The notes under the pieces were generated by a model. The model had not been told where the DNA came from, did not search any database, and saw only the letters and a program-made list of their open reading frames with translations. The position numbers were made by a program, and so were the translations under genes. Shown here piece by piece: positions 48,801 through 62,192 of a DNA stretch of 64,000 bases. Each line of letters starts with the position of its first letter. Within the stretch, counting starts at the first letter, position 1. The DNA is from Blepharisma stoltei ATCC 30299 (Eukaryota > Protista > Ciliophora): the NCBI GenBank assembly GCA_965603825.1, contig CBFDEM010000039.1, positions 574,612-638,611 on the forward strand. Reading direction: 5' to 3'.

Positions 48801-50340
48801 CTGGGGCAACCACTGACATAGGATTTGTTGAGTTGAGCTGGGTCAAATAGTGAATCCCGTCTCCATCGTTATTTAAGTAGACAATTGCATAAGCACTATT
48901 GATGGCAGTCAGCGCCAAGGCTAAAGACTCAAAAGGATTCGATTGAGTTCCGTCTCCTCCCATCGGATCTGTCGACCCGAGAGTTGTTACATAATAATAC
49001 TTGGGATTTGCGGAAGTTGAAGTATCAGCTGAAGGGAGACACAAAGGATAGTTTAGGGAGGAAATATAATTAACGCTATAGCCGACAGGGCAAGTCTCCA
49101 GACAGTAACCGTAAAACTGATAAGAATTTGCCTGATCGCACTGGTAGCATTGCCCTTGCTTAGTCCCGTAGCACTTCTGACACTTTGAATCTGCACAAGT
49201 GTTCATGTTTTCAGGGCTGCAGGCTGCCCAAGAGTATGCACAGTTTTTAGTGTCGCAATCTTGAGTGCATGTACCATAGGTTGTTAATAGCATACTGCCA
49301 TCGCACTTTCCATTGCTTGAGCAGTCTGCTAAATTCCTCACAGTTGTTAAATCGTTATTAATAAGCTGTGCATGCATGTGGAAGAGCTGATTATAATTTT
49401 GTGTGCAATGTTTCGAAGAATCAGTGCTAAATTGATCATATAAACAGTCTCCTACTAAGCAATTTTCATCACATGTCCCATATTTATCGTTCGTGCAGGA
49501 AGAAGTGCATCGGCAGTCCTTAGCGTCGTATTTACAATTAGAATTATAGCATTTAGAATCACAGTTTTTGTCACCTATCATCCTGGTAAAGCAACCACTT
49601 GCACAGTCTCCACATTTACCATTGTCATAACTACAGTCAGAATTATCACACTCTGAATCGCAATCACTATTGTTTAGCTTATCTGAATTGCAACCTGGAG
49701 AGCAGTCACAGTCTTTGTTATCCCAATTGCAGGCTGAATTATAGCACTCACTATTGCAGACTCCATCATCGATCATATAAGAATAGCAGCCAGGAGAGCA
49801 AACTTCTGTGGAACAGTCCCCAAAATCATAGTTACAAGACGCAGTGTTGCATTCAGAATCGCATGTACCATCTCCGAGCTTCGAAGAAGTGCACCCAGAA
49901 CTGCATTCTGAACAATAACTTTCGCCGTAGTAGCAAGCCGTTGTATTGCAGTTATCATAGCAGTAGCTTCCAAGCATGTAGCTGTAACCTACTTATGACT
50001 TACAATTTTGATCACAGTAGCCGCAGTCTCCTAAATCATACCCGCAAGCAGCTATATTGCAAGAATCATCACAGTAGTCATCGCCAAGGTCGCTGGGATC
50101 GCATCCATTATTATAAACGCAAGTTTCATAGCAATCAGATGTTGAGAAATCGTAGTCTCCTGATGAAGTTTCAGAATCTCAATTGCAAAAGGAATACATG
50201 CAGCCTGTGTCGCAATATCCATCTCCTCTCTGAGTAAAAATTACATATGAACTCGGACACCAATTCTCGTTGCAGGTTATGCTCTTTGAACTTGAACTAG
50301 AAAAAGAAAATGAGGTAAGTGTCAGCAGAAGTTGTAACAT
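42868..50340 (-). CDS. Giant LNR/beta-helix/multi-TM receptor-like protein, paralog C (~2480 aa); introns 50230..50244 and 49989..50003
   Basis: In-frame fusion of the listed ORFs. The second intron is obligatory because it carries an in-frame TAA. Confidence 0.9.
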
Positions 50341-51095
50341 TTTATTATAATAGAAAAAGAAAATTTAAACTAGAAAGCATTTTATTTATTCAAAGAACAA
50401 AGCAATATAAAGCTTTTACGATTAATTTAATTGCTTAAAGATTCCTTTCAAAATTTTCAGATTGATTAGTTTGAAACCTTTGAGCAATAAACAAAGCTTG
50501 CATTTCAGATAAGATTTAGAGTCCTTATGCTGATGATTTAATTTCACTAAAAAACAATATTCATGTATGCTATTAAATAGATAACCGAAAGTATTAGAAA
50601 AATGCTCTCTTTTATCTTATTTATACTTTCTGAGTTAAGACCATAGCACTTCACAGCTTGCTCGTCAATCCGCTCGCGATATGAACTTAGTTAAGAAAGA
50701 AGAGAAATTCTGAAACCAAAAGCCCAGCTCTTCTTCAATATCATCGAGCTATTTCTCATAGTTTTATAAATTTCATAATTTTTGTAACTCACTTTCTTTC
50801 AAATATGAAGTAACAGAGCACTATAAAAATCAAAATTAAATATGTAAAATGTATCCATAGAAAGCCGTTATATCTGAAAGCCTGACCAAATGTCTACCTC
50901 TTTGTTTAAAATGCTATTATTCACCTAGAATTTAAATTTAATATAACTTTAAACTTTTGAAACTTCTTTTAATTTACGAAATTCAAATACTTTTTTTACT
51001 TTGGCGTGCTTATTTTATAGTCTAATTTTCTTATTTAGGCTCATAGATCTATGATCTAAAGATAATTTTATAATATTCGGCTCTCATAAAAAATA

Positions 51096-53487
51096 ATGGA
51101 AAAGCTCTTCAGAGAAGAAAACTCTCCGCCGATCAGACTTATAAATTCCATTGCCATTCTTGGCCTTCAAGTAAAATCTTTAAGAAGTAATGTTCAATCA
51201 GACATCCTTATTGAAGGCAAAACCTCAGGAGTTCCTGAAGTCATTCTTCAACTTCCTCCAACATCCAAAGCCATTTCTCCAGGCCAGATCAACGTAATTT
51301 TAATTTCAGATGATTTTCACCAGCCGCACTGTAGATCTGGAAACAGTCCAAAATCTCCCGAAATTCTTTTCAACAACCATTACTAACGAAAAAGGCGTCT
51401 TTACTCATATGCATTGCTTAATAACATATGAAAAAATCTCCCCAACAATTATTGAGAAGTCGAAAAACCGACTCAATAAAAGTGGGCTTTTAAATTTTGT
51501 TCCGCGCAACGAGCGATCTAAAATCCTCAAAGAAAATGGGCCATCTTATTACGTTCCGGTAGCTTTATGCATCATGACACATAGCAACTATATTGATTTA
51601 TTCAGAAATATTTTAGAGTCTCTATATCTTCACATATCAGAAATCTGTCAAGAAGAAAACCCTGATATAAGTTCTTTGTTAGCAAGCACTGAATTTATGA
51701 GGACTTGCCTATTTTTATTGAATGATACCATAATCCCACCAAATGATATACAAATTTCTCTTAAAGTAGGCAAAGATAATATTCCTGTTCCAATAGAATA
51801 TGAAAGCAGGCTTCCTCATAACGAAAGCTGTGTAGCAGTTCTAATTGATCTAATTGATATAAGAAATGTTATCGAGTTCTGGGAAAGCATTTTGCTCAAT
51901 AAGCATGCATTTTTAGTTTCCTGCAATGAGTATTTGTTATACCTTGTGCTAGAAGCTTATAAAATTTTGCTGTTCCCTATGAAGTGGAGTTTAAGCTACA
52001 TTCCAGTTATGCCTGTCCACGATGTCGACTACATGGAAATCCCAACACCAATTTTAATAGGAATCAATAGCAACGTGATCAGCGTAGAAGAAGCCAAAAG
52101 AGCAGACAGTGATGCAACAATTCTGGACATTGACTCAAATATCTTGTATACTTCAGAAAAGCCTCTGCTTTGCGATTGTGTCAAATCTAAAATTTCTAAA
52201 AAAATTCAGCTAGCCAAAGCCTATTACTATGTAAACAGAAACCGACTTAATACGTTCAGGATGCATAGTCTGGAGCAGAATTTAGAAGACAACCAATATG
52301 TTTCTACTGCTAAAAAGCTGCTTTCCACCCCAGAAGGCCCAGAAAGAGATGAAATTTTTGTCAGCTTAATCAGGCATGCTTTCTTCAAAGAATTTGTAAT
52401 AGGAATTGGAAAGTTTTCTGACTATTTATCATACAGGACTATGAAAAAAGAGTACGAAATGCAAAAAGACTTATTCCTGCAAGAGGTAAAAACCTGTGGA
52501 ACCTGCACGATGAAGGAGTTCTGGAAACAATTTTTAGACTCTGTCACATTTATGCAGTTTCTTGATTTTTATGAAAAATTTGATGACTCTTCACAGCAGC
52601 GATTCTGTAGGATTGTCCACGACATGAACATAAGGTCATATGAATATTTTTCAAAGTCCAGCTGTTATGAGCTCCTCTTGGCTTCTGAAGTATCTCCAAG
52701 AGAGCTGTACGAACAAGTAGAAGCAGCAATCAATAGTTTTGAGGCCAAAACTTCTCAAGAAAAATTTATTAAGTGTTCAGCCACGGAAATGATTGAAGCA
52801 ATCAAAGAGAAGATATTCAAGCACGACATGGAGTATGATAGAGTCGGATTTAATGAAGGCAGGAAGAGGTCAAAAAGCTTGATAGTAGGATCGTCACCAA
52901 TGAGCAATTTAGAAATGAATTTCACTGATGTTTACTACGGAGAGTTCGGAATCATACAAGTGATGGATGCATTGATGGCACCCCTCACAAGAGCTCAATT
53001 CAGAAGTATTGGGACTAGCGAAAACCAGATCTTCTCGAAACTGGAAACAAATAAGGACAATTGGCAGCCTCTTGTACTCAAGTTTCTATTCAGCTTAAGG
53101 AAAAACAAAAAGAACTGGGATGCTTATAAGTTGCTAGATATTTGCTTCCTAATCAATAAGGCAGACTCAAGCAAACTCCCAAAAAGACTTACAGCAAACA
53201 TTATAGAAAAAGCTTACAACAGCAGTCCTACAATTATTTATGACTTGCTGAACTCAGATCTAATGGATGGAGAATTGAGAAGACTAGCTGAGGCCTATCG
53301 AAAGGCAAGAGAAGAAAAGACAGTCAACTTCGCTGATACTGTATCCACAATTGATAGGTCTCCCGATTTTCTCTCCGTTGGCCCTGACACAGGCAGACTG
53401 AGGAAGTCACTTTTGCGTAGCCAAACTGTAGGAGCCAGCGCTGACGAAGAAAGAAAAGAGTTTGAGTTCGCAAAGAGGAAAAGATAA
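51096..53487 (+). CDS. DENN-domain protein (putative Rab GEF), join(51096..51293,51310..53487), 791 aa
   Basis: HCLITYE, YYVPVALCIMTHSNYIDLFRNIL, LLFPMKWSLSYIPVMP..PTPILIGI and FLDSVTFMQF match uDENN/cDENN/dDENN signatures. A 16-nt intron reconciles the two frames. Confidence 0.87.
51294..51309 (+). other. 16-nt spliceosomal intron GTAATTTTAATTTCAG
   Basis: Removal joins 66 codons from ATG 51096 in frame to the 725-aa ORF. Confidence 0.85.
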
Positions 53488-53548
53488 TCTATTACAGGCT
53501 AATACTTAGAATAATTATTTATCAATTTTCTGCAAGCCCATTATAGCT

Positions 53549-56500
53549 CTATAGAGTTAAATGAGCGTTAGAAATCTCTTCGTTTGAATCTGCAATTGTA
53601 GAGCAATTTAATTTATTTCTTTCTATATCATTTTTTAGCACTCTCTTAAAAATTGCTTTCATGTCAAGGCTAACAACTTCGCAGCCATCTGCATTAGTCG
53701 GCTCAATTGGCATCCCATCTTCAGTCGGGACAACAGAGAACATCTTTTTGCCCCACCTTCTGGTTACGTGCTTAGGCCTGGGCTTTTCAAATAAGTCATC
53801 ATCAAACCCATCAGAGCTCTGAGCCCACTTGTGCTTGAGCCAAGGGATTAGAGTAGCGGCCTTTCGGAATCCTGCTGCAAACATTTTGAAGAGCCAATAG
53901 TAAAGGAAATACAAGTTTGCAAGCACTATGATTGAGAAAAGCACAATTTTAGAGCTCTCATCCAGCACGCCAGTTAAATAATAAAGGCCACAGTAAATGG
54001 TTATAGAAGCCACCAGGATTGCCCTGAATTCCATTTTGTTTAAAACCTCTCCAATGTATGGCTTATTTTCATTTTGAATGTACAAGCAAACCATAAGTAG
54101 AAACATAACAGTTAAAGCTTGAATGTCTGGCGAGATGTTTCCTAAAAAGATAGAAATAGTGCAAATAAGAATTTTTCTATATAAAATCACGAATTCCCAA
54201 TAGTAGCACTTCCTCCTGTACCCGTTAAATAGAAACCCAAACCTCAGTCTGGCACTGATTGAGTCTAGCTTTTTCCTCATCCTCCATATGAAAAACAGAG
54301 AAACTGCAGGAATGCCGACTCCCCAGGCAATAATAGAAGGGATGACCACACAAAAGACATAAAACAGGTGTTCATCATCCCAGCATCTTATGTCTAAGTC
54401 ATTGACCAGCCAATATTCCCCTGATTCGATTTGCTCGCAGGATAGCGCGCCAAACATCATTTTGATAAGATTTGGGTGAATCATGAAAAAAAGGATGACA
54501 TATGTAGAAATTATATCGTTCTTGAAAGACGGCATAGACCGCTTCAGCATAGCATAGATTCCCCAAAAGAGAACAGTGCCTAAGGTCATAATAATAGGAA
54601 CAACGCTCATTATGATAAGCTTATTGAAATAAATTTGAGCCTGACCCTGTCCTGAATCTAAAAAGCAGTCGAAAGAAAACACTTGGTAGCTTACAGATCC
54701 AGCGTTGGCTTGTATCCTCAGCAGCTCTGCAACACTATCAGGCCATGATAAGTCGAAGGTAGATGTCAGCATTACGATCTGCAAATAATTGACAAAGATC
54801 TTTATATAGACTGACTCCATGGATTTAGGCTTGTAAGCACTGCTTCGAGTGGTGCTCACCATTATAGTGCATATGATAATTGCAGCTACCATAATTCCAA
54901 CAATTCGAAGAGAGTTTAGGAGAGGATCTGGGCAGACCGCACAAGTATTTGCAGAAGTCCTTGAATACCCGGTTGAGCAAGCCTGGCACAAGTTGCCTTC
55001 ATAGCCTTCGCAACAAAGTCCTGAATAAGAAATATTTGGGTATGGGGGCGAGCCAAGGCAGGACGAAGGATTTGGGCACTTCCAGAAATGGTCAGTCAGA
55101 TTATTGGATCTCCAGTATCCAGCCTTGGGGGCGATCAAGAATCCTCCATAGCAGTTCATCTTGTCTTCACATGATTTACAGTGATCTCTTGTTGGATCTA
55201 AGCTATATGAGCCATTAGGGCAAATTTGGCAGCTCGTGGCAAGGGTGATTTCTCCAATTTCACAATCACGCAAAATCACATCGACATTAATAGTAGAAAT
55301 TTCTGTAATATTCATGGAAGCCTTTTTGATTTTGGCTTCATCAATTCCATCAGTTGATACCACAATAGAAACGTTTTTTCCAGGCACTGCTGAAACTACA
55401 AATGAGTCAAAATAGTAAAGGCCTTGCACTGCTGTAACTTTTGTAATGCCTGAAAGAGTTGTCGAAGCTGTATCTTTTGCTGATAGTTCAGCTACACTCA
55501 CACTATCAGTTGATACAATTTGCCCATAAGGATCGATCAATGCAAGTAATATAGGGCTTGTAGTAACTTGTCCAGGGGCAATGCTTTCTAATATAAGAAT
55601 TTCTGAAGCAACATCTTCTAGATCACGGTGGCTGCATTCTAAGCTGCCATTTTTAGATAAAGCAACCATTTTAATTGCAAAAGATGAAATATCAGCTCCA
55701 TATTTAGCGCTGTTATCATTAAAAATATTGCATTCAGCTGTAGGCATGATATCAACCCAGTTTATTGCTCCTCCGTTGAATGATGCAAGATTTTTGCAAA
55801 AAGAGTTCTGTGATATATGAAAAGCGCAGTCCTTGAAGTCTTTGCATGCAATATTAATAGCTCCTCCGAGGCCTTGATTTGGAATAATTCCTGTAGTGGA
55901 TTCCATCATGGCAGTGGCGTTGTTGCCTCTGAAATCTGAAAATGATATGTTCAGACTGATGTCGTCTGTATAAATTGCTCCACCCACAGAAGCAATGTTA
56001 TCGTGGAAAGCAGATCTGACAATTGTATAGGGATTTCCTATTGAAAGGTCAGCTGATGTGGTCAAATATATAGCCCCTCCTTGATAAGCAAAGTTATTTG
56101 CAAATAAGCTATCAGCAATATCTACTATGCCGCATTGAAAGCAAAAAAAAGCCCCGCCATAGGTAGCATTCCCATCTTCAAATGTAGAGCTATAGATTGT
56201 CACTGAATACATTTTCGAAGCTGATATTGCACCACTGAAAAAAGTATCGAAATGAGATCCAGAAATGAATAAGTCGCTTTCGTAGCACCATATAACTCCT
56301 CCCACATCTGAGCTAAATGAATTTTTGAAGGCGGTATTTGTTATTAGCAAATAACTACTAGAATAAGACATTATAGCCCCACCTCCGCCATTTTTTGCAT
56401 GATTTTCCTCGAAATAGCTACTGTCAATATTGATTCTACTTGAAATAGAGTAAATGGCTCCCGCTGAGCTGTAACTTATACCATTAACAAAGGAGCTGCT

Positions 56501-59500
56501 TGAAATTTCTACAATGCTTTGCGTTGTAGCGTACAAAAAGCTCCCTTCTTGCCCATTATGGTTCCGAAATTCACTATTTGCTATTGTTGCATTAGAAAGC
56601 GTTAAAAGTATCCCGGGAGTGATTGTAGCTGCTTGATTGCTGTTAAATACTGAACCACTTATGATTATATCAGCATCAAGCAGTGCAATTGTTGCTTGAT
56701 TTTTTGAAATGTTTTCAGTAAAAATCGAAGATTTTATTATTGATTTCGGCGAAAATGCTCCCAATAAATAAATAGCTGAGCCTTTATCTGAACATTGATT
56801 GCTTGTAAAGCTTGAATAAGAAATATTTATCATCGAATTTTGCTCGTTATATATGGCACCGCCAGACCCGTTGGCCTTATTCTTTACGAAAGTGCATTCA
56901 TGGCACTGAAACACCGAGCTGGTGCCAGCAGATACTGCACCTCCGTTACTATACGAATGATTTTCGATGAACACTGTATTTGTACAATTTACTAAAGAAT
57001 TATCCACCATTTTAACTCCTCCACTTAATCTCCCGGTGTTATTAACCAGAATCGAGTCTTCATCAGTCCAGTGGTCGTAATCCATCATTCAAACAGTTGC
57101 GTTATTGTTTGAAAACAAGCAGTTTTTGGTGTAAATATATGAAAATATGTCAGAATTGGCCAAATTGATGACCGAAATGCCATGCGAAGAATTAAATACT
57201 GAGGATACAATATATAGCAAGGAAGGGTAAGCTGTAGAATTTTCTCCATGCTCTGCATATATTGAAGCGCCGAGCCTGCCCACATTTTCATTGAAAATTG
57301 TTTGGAAAATCTGAAGATAACCAGATTTGTAGAGCGCAGCGAGAGTTCCTGATCCTAAGGCAGTGTTGGACTCAAATTTGCAGTTGTTGATTGCTGAGTT
57401 GTTAACCAACCGTATTGACCCTGCAATATATATTGCAGAGCCGTGGTTTGCTGAATTTTTGGTGAAATTTGACTGGTCAATGCCAATTGAAATCGTACTT
57501 CATGAGTTTCCTCAATTATCCATGAAAATTGCCCCTCCGTTTCCATGAATGTCCAAGTTAGCAGAATTATTGTGAAACGTGCAGTTCCGGATCCACGATT
57601 TTGCAAAATTCAGAGTTGTTTGTCTAATATAAATGGATCCCCCATCAGTCGGTGAGTAATTTGAATCAAATCTTGAACTGTCTATAACGAGATAAGAGCC
57701 ACTGAACATAATTGACCCTCCCATAGGCGAATAGTTCGATATAAAATCGCATTCTCTAAAATTCAAGCTCAAAAGACTACCGCAACCATATACTGTTCCA
57801 TACCCTGAATTCTCACTATTTGTGTTATTTATAAAAGCTACGTCAGAAATGACTGCGCTATCTAAACCCATTATCAACAAAACCGTTGGAGTGTATTGTG
57901 ATTTCCCAGTGTTTGCAATAAAATCTGAATATTGAATAGTCAGCTTGGTTGAATTAATAAAATTCCATGCTGGAGTTGACTCAGCACAATAATTATTAGT
58001 GATTACTGAGTATTCAATTGATGGACAGTACACGCCTTCTCACGTTGCAAGAGAAACACAATTAAAGTTAGTAGCCTCGACCTTATCTTTAATATAAAGT
58101 GACGTATCAGCAATCCAGGAATTCATTAGAATTTCGTTAAGATTGCCAGTTGTGCTTGAGTTTCCACCATTTGAGTCCATCACTAAATCGCAGATTCTCA
58201 TGTTCACCAATTGGTATAAATAGAATGCCCCAGACAAAAAGTAGTTGTTGCTAAAAGTGATATTTTTCCAATTAAAATTCCTTTGACTTTGGGTTGAAAA
58301 AATCCTTTTAGCGAATGTTTGGACTATTGCAGTTGTCTCTGACAAGTAAGAATTTTTCAAAACGTGGTTCATTATGTACACTAAATATCCTGCAGAAGCC
58401 CCATTGTTCTCGAAGATCAGTTTTTCGAAATATATATTTTGAAGTTCAGATGTGAAATACGCTGAAATTATCCCTGCATAGACACCATAGTTATTTGTAA
58501 AATTGCTATTGAAAATTTCGATGTGGTTTATCAAGTAGTCAATGACTTGATTTTGATCATTTACTTCTGTTGATAGCACCAATTTAACAGGAAATAAAAA
58601 TACCAGCCCATTACTTGCGTAGTTGTATTCGAAGACACAGTCCTGAATGCTAATTTGGCGGTAAATTTCTGCATAAATAAGAGAAGCAATATTAAAGTTT
58701 GCTGAATAAACAGCGTTATTTTTGAACTCTACCTGCGTGAAATTTATGCTTCTAATCTTAAATGCTGTGAGAAACCCTCTGAAATCCAGCGAAGCTGAAA
58801 ACTCATAGCCATTGTTAAGCCTAGTCACTGCTCCTTTTTCGTAATAAAAATCTCCACATTCATAAGAGCTGTCACTTCTGCAGTTCAAAAATACAATAAC
58901 TGCCGAGTCATTCAGTGGAGCAACTTGGATATTATCAAAATTTACCCAAAACAAATAAACACTGCCTCCTGTGCTTTTAATCAGTGAGTTTTCTTGAAGT
59001 CTCCAATTAAGAAACTGGACATTTGTAAGCGTCAAAGTAGTGTCGTCTGCCACTTCAAAGAGGTTTCAATATCAATTCTCCTTGCAATAAGTCTGGTTTG
59101 TATAATTGACTATCCCAGCAGTTCGGTCATCAACATAAGTTGAGTCGTATTTTTCAGTCACCAAAGGACAATACGTGCAAGATTCGTCCAAGCATTGATT
59201 TTCCCCATGAATTCAATACTTTCCGTCGAAAGCAACGTTACTTATGCTGAGCTGCTCTGTATGGCTTAGAGTCACAGTTAAAATGGGCTCGTCAATTTTT
59301 GGCTTTAAATACACAATTTCATTGTTTTGAGTCGTTATTGTGAGGCTTTTCCTTTGATTATGAGAATTATCTGCCCTAGCAGTATCAGACACTGTTAAAG
59401 CAATTGGGTATTTTGGGTTTAATTGCTCGAGATAATGAACTCCATCATTAAGCAAATAAATAATTGAGTATTTGGTATTTATAGATGCCAAGGATAGAGC

Positions 59501-60922
59501 TAAAGACTGGAAGGGCGATTTTATTGTTCCAAGCCCTCCCAAAGTGTCGTTTGTTTTTTTAGAAGTCACATAGTAAATAGCAGGATTGCTGTTGGTTGAG
59601 TTATCAGCAGAAGGTAAGCAAAGCGGATATACCCCAGTTATATTGTTAGTAGAATATCCAGCAGGGCATGATTCCAGACAATACCCAAAAAATTGTGAAA
59701 TTTTTCCTTTAGAAAAATCACATTCGAAGCAATCTCCTTGGTTTTCTCCATAGCATTTTTTACAATTTTGGTCAAAGCATTGCATATATTCCTGGTCTGA
59801 GCACTCACATCAAGAATATATACAATTTATGTCATTGCAATCAGCATAGCATTCTTGTTCTTTTAATAAACTTCCAGCACTATAAGGACATATACCCATA
59901 CACGTGTCTATACTTTGAACTGTAAATAAATCTTTTTTTAGCAGTTGCAGGTGCATATAAAATAGAATGGCATTCGTATCAGAGCATCTTCGACTTGTAT
60001 CGTTGCTGAATTGATCGTATAAGCAACTTCCTACCATGCATTTCTCACTGCAAGATCCATACATTGACATGTCACATGAAGCCGAGCATCTGCAATCAGT
60101 CAAATCATAGTTGCAAGCTTCAACATCGCAAGCGGGGTCACATATTCCATCCCCTATCATATTATCATAGCAGCCGCTGGCACAACTCCCACATTTATGA
60201 TTATCATAATCGCACTTGGTGTTATTACAGGCTTTATCACAAACACTGTTTGTTTTTAGTGTTGAATTGCATCCAGGCGCACAATCGCAGTCATCAGCAT
60301 CTCAGTTGCATGCACTATTATAGCATTCTTCTTGACAAGTTCCATCATCAATATATCATGTATAGCATCCTCGTGAGCACTCTTCTGAAGGACAGTCTCC
60401 AAAATCATAGTTGCAGCTTCCTGTATTACAAGCAGAATCGCATTTTCCGTTTCCTAGCAAGTTGGTTGAGCAGTCTGGACTGCAGTCCATGCAGATGCTC
60501 ATGTCATAATAACAGGCAGTAGTGTTGCATTTCTGGTAGCAAATAGATCCTATCATATAGTCAAAGCCTAAATAAAGATTACAGCCAGGAGAGCAGTATC
60601 CGCAATCACCTAAGTCATAGCCGCATTCAGGGATATTGCAGCATTCATCACACTTTCCATTGCCGAGCACTGCTTCGGCGCATCCGTTATTTATGCAATC
60701 GTAATAGCAATCTGAGTATCAGAATGAAGACTGATCTCGTACGGTATAATTGGAGCTTGAATCATAGTTGCAGTACGAAGTCATGCAGCTTGTATCGCAG
60801 TGCTTATCCCCTCTCTATGTAAAAATCACCCATGAGCTTTGACATCATTTTTGGTTGCACGACAATTTGTCTTCATTTGCAGCTGAAGAGAGATTAATCA
60901 AATAAAATAGCAAAGTCAGCAT
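53549..60922 (-). CDS. Giant LNR/beta-helix/multi-TM receptor-like protein, paralog D (~2447 aa); introns 60815..60829 and 60568..60582
   Basis: In-frame fusion of the listed ORFs via TGA=Trp. For example, NQK-W(TGA)-C aligns with NEN-W(TGG)-C in paralog C. Confidence 0.9.
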
Positions 60923-61259
60923 TTAATTTTTTATAAGGGTCATGCTCATATAAATATCGATGTTAAACTCTATTTAAAATTAAGGGTAATAAAACCATTT
61001 AGCTCTTATGTTTATAAAGATTTTTTGATAAGTAATTGCTTTTTTTCTTTAATTATTATTTCTTTGAAACGCAAAAAAGCTAAGTCTAATCTAAAGAAAC
61101 CTTATTAAAGATTTCTGTTGAATGCTCTCTTCCATTTGCGCTAGTGTCACATTTGATAGAATTGCAAGAAGATAATGAATTAATGCAATAGATTAAAGAA
61201 ATTTTACTTATTTATACGGTGTTAGAGTAAATAATATAAGAAATTTAATTACAAATAAA

Positions 61260-61870
61260 AACTAATAAAGCTGCTCATGCACTTGAAAGAGATAGTGAAG
61301 TCTGTTTTTAGCCTGAAATAAGAGAAATGAGGACTTTTTATTCTGAACTTTTGTTAGTAAATTTTGAATAAAGAGGTCTATCTTATCTGCTCTAAGATGA
61401 GTAATAACGATTAAATAAAATCTTGAATGATATCTTTTCCAAGCTAGAACCTGATAGATTGTCTACTGAGTTAAGAGATATACCAAATTCGATTTCTTTT
61501 TTCAGCTAAGATCAAGCAGATAGCTAAATGGAAAATTTATTATCCCAACAAGTTTATTGAAAGGTATATAAAATTATTTCCTATGCTGAATCGTCAACTT
61601 TTAATGTGATACAGCCATTAATATCAAATATTCTATTATTTCTTTGCAATTTACAAATAATAGCGACTTAAGAGCGATTTATGAACTTGAAAATCAAACA
61701 CCCCATAAATATCAATTTAGCAAGACCCAAGAACTCAATTATATGAATTTTAGCTCTCCTTTATGCCAGAACATCAAAATGATACATCTAAAGGTGAATT
61801 TGCTATTTTATTAGATAGAAGTGGGTCAATGAGCAGTGACTCTAATATAATCCCAAAAGTAAGATCTTAA
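61260..61870 (+). pseudogene. Subtelomeric relic of a VIT/vWA (VWA5A-like) gene
   Basis: KGEFAILLDRSGSMS (MIDAS DxSxS) at ~61790-61834 followed by a stop; upstream fragments are degenerate. Boundaries are approximate. Confidence 0.6.
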
Positions 61871-62192
61871 ATCTTAAAATTCTTTTAACTCTGCATAGCA
61901 CCCAAGCTTTAGCTGAATAAGGGCATGGGTATGCAAATAGATTAAAAAACAAGAAATTTTAAGAGTTAAGAGTTAATAGCAAAAGATTATTAAATGAGTC
62001 CTATTTATTAGCAAATTATTTTAATCCAGCTTGATTAATATTTTTGCCTCTAAATTAAACTTGAAATAAAGCATAACTTTACCACAAAGCTGTGCAATAT
62101 AGTGTACTACTTTTTCTAGTGGAGCTTCGATTTAAATAAAGTACTAGAAAAAACAGTCAACTCCAGGTGGAGTTTGATCAGAAAATTACGAT

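Noticed and set aside
26816-60922. Reading the many ORF fragments as separate genes, pseudogenes or selenoproteins
   Set aside because: Fragments are in one frame, break at TGA, and TGA aligns with TGG (Trp) in paralogs rather than with Cys.
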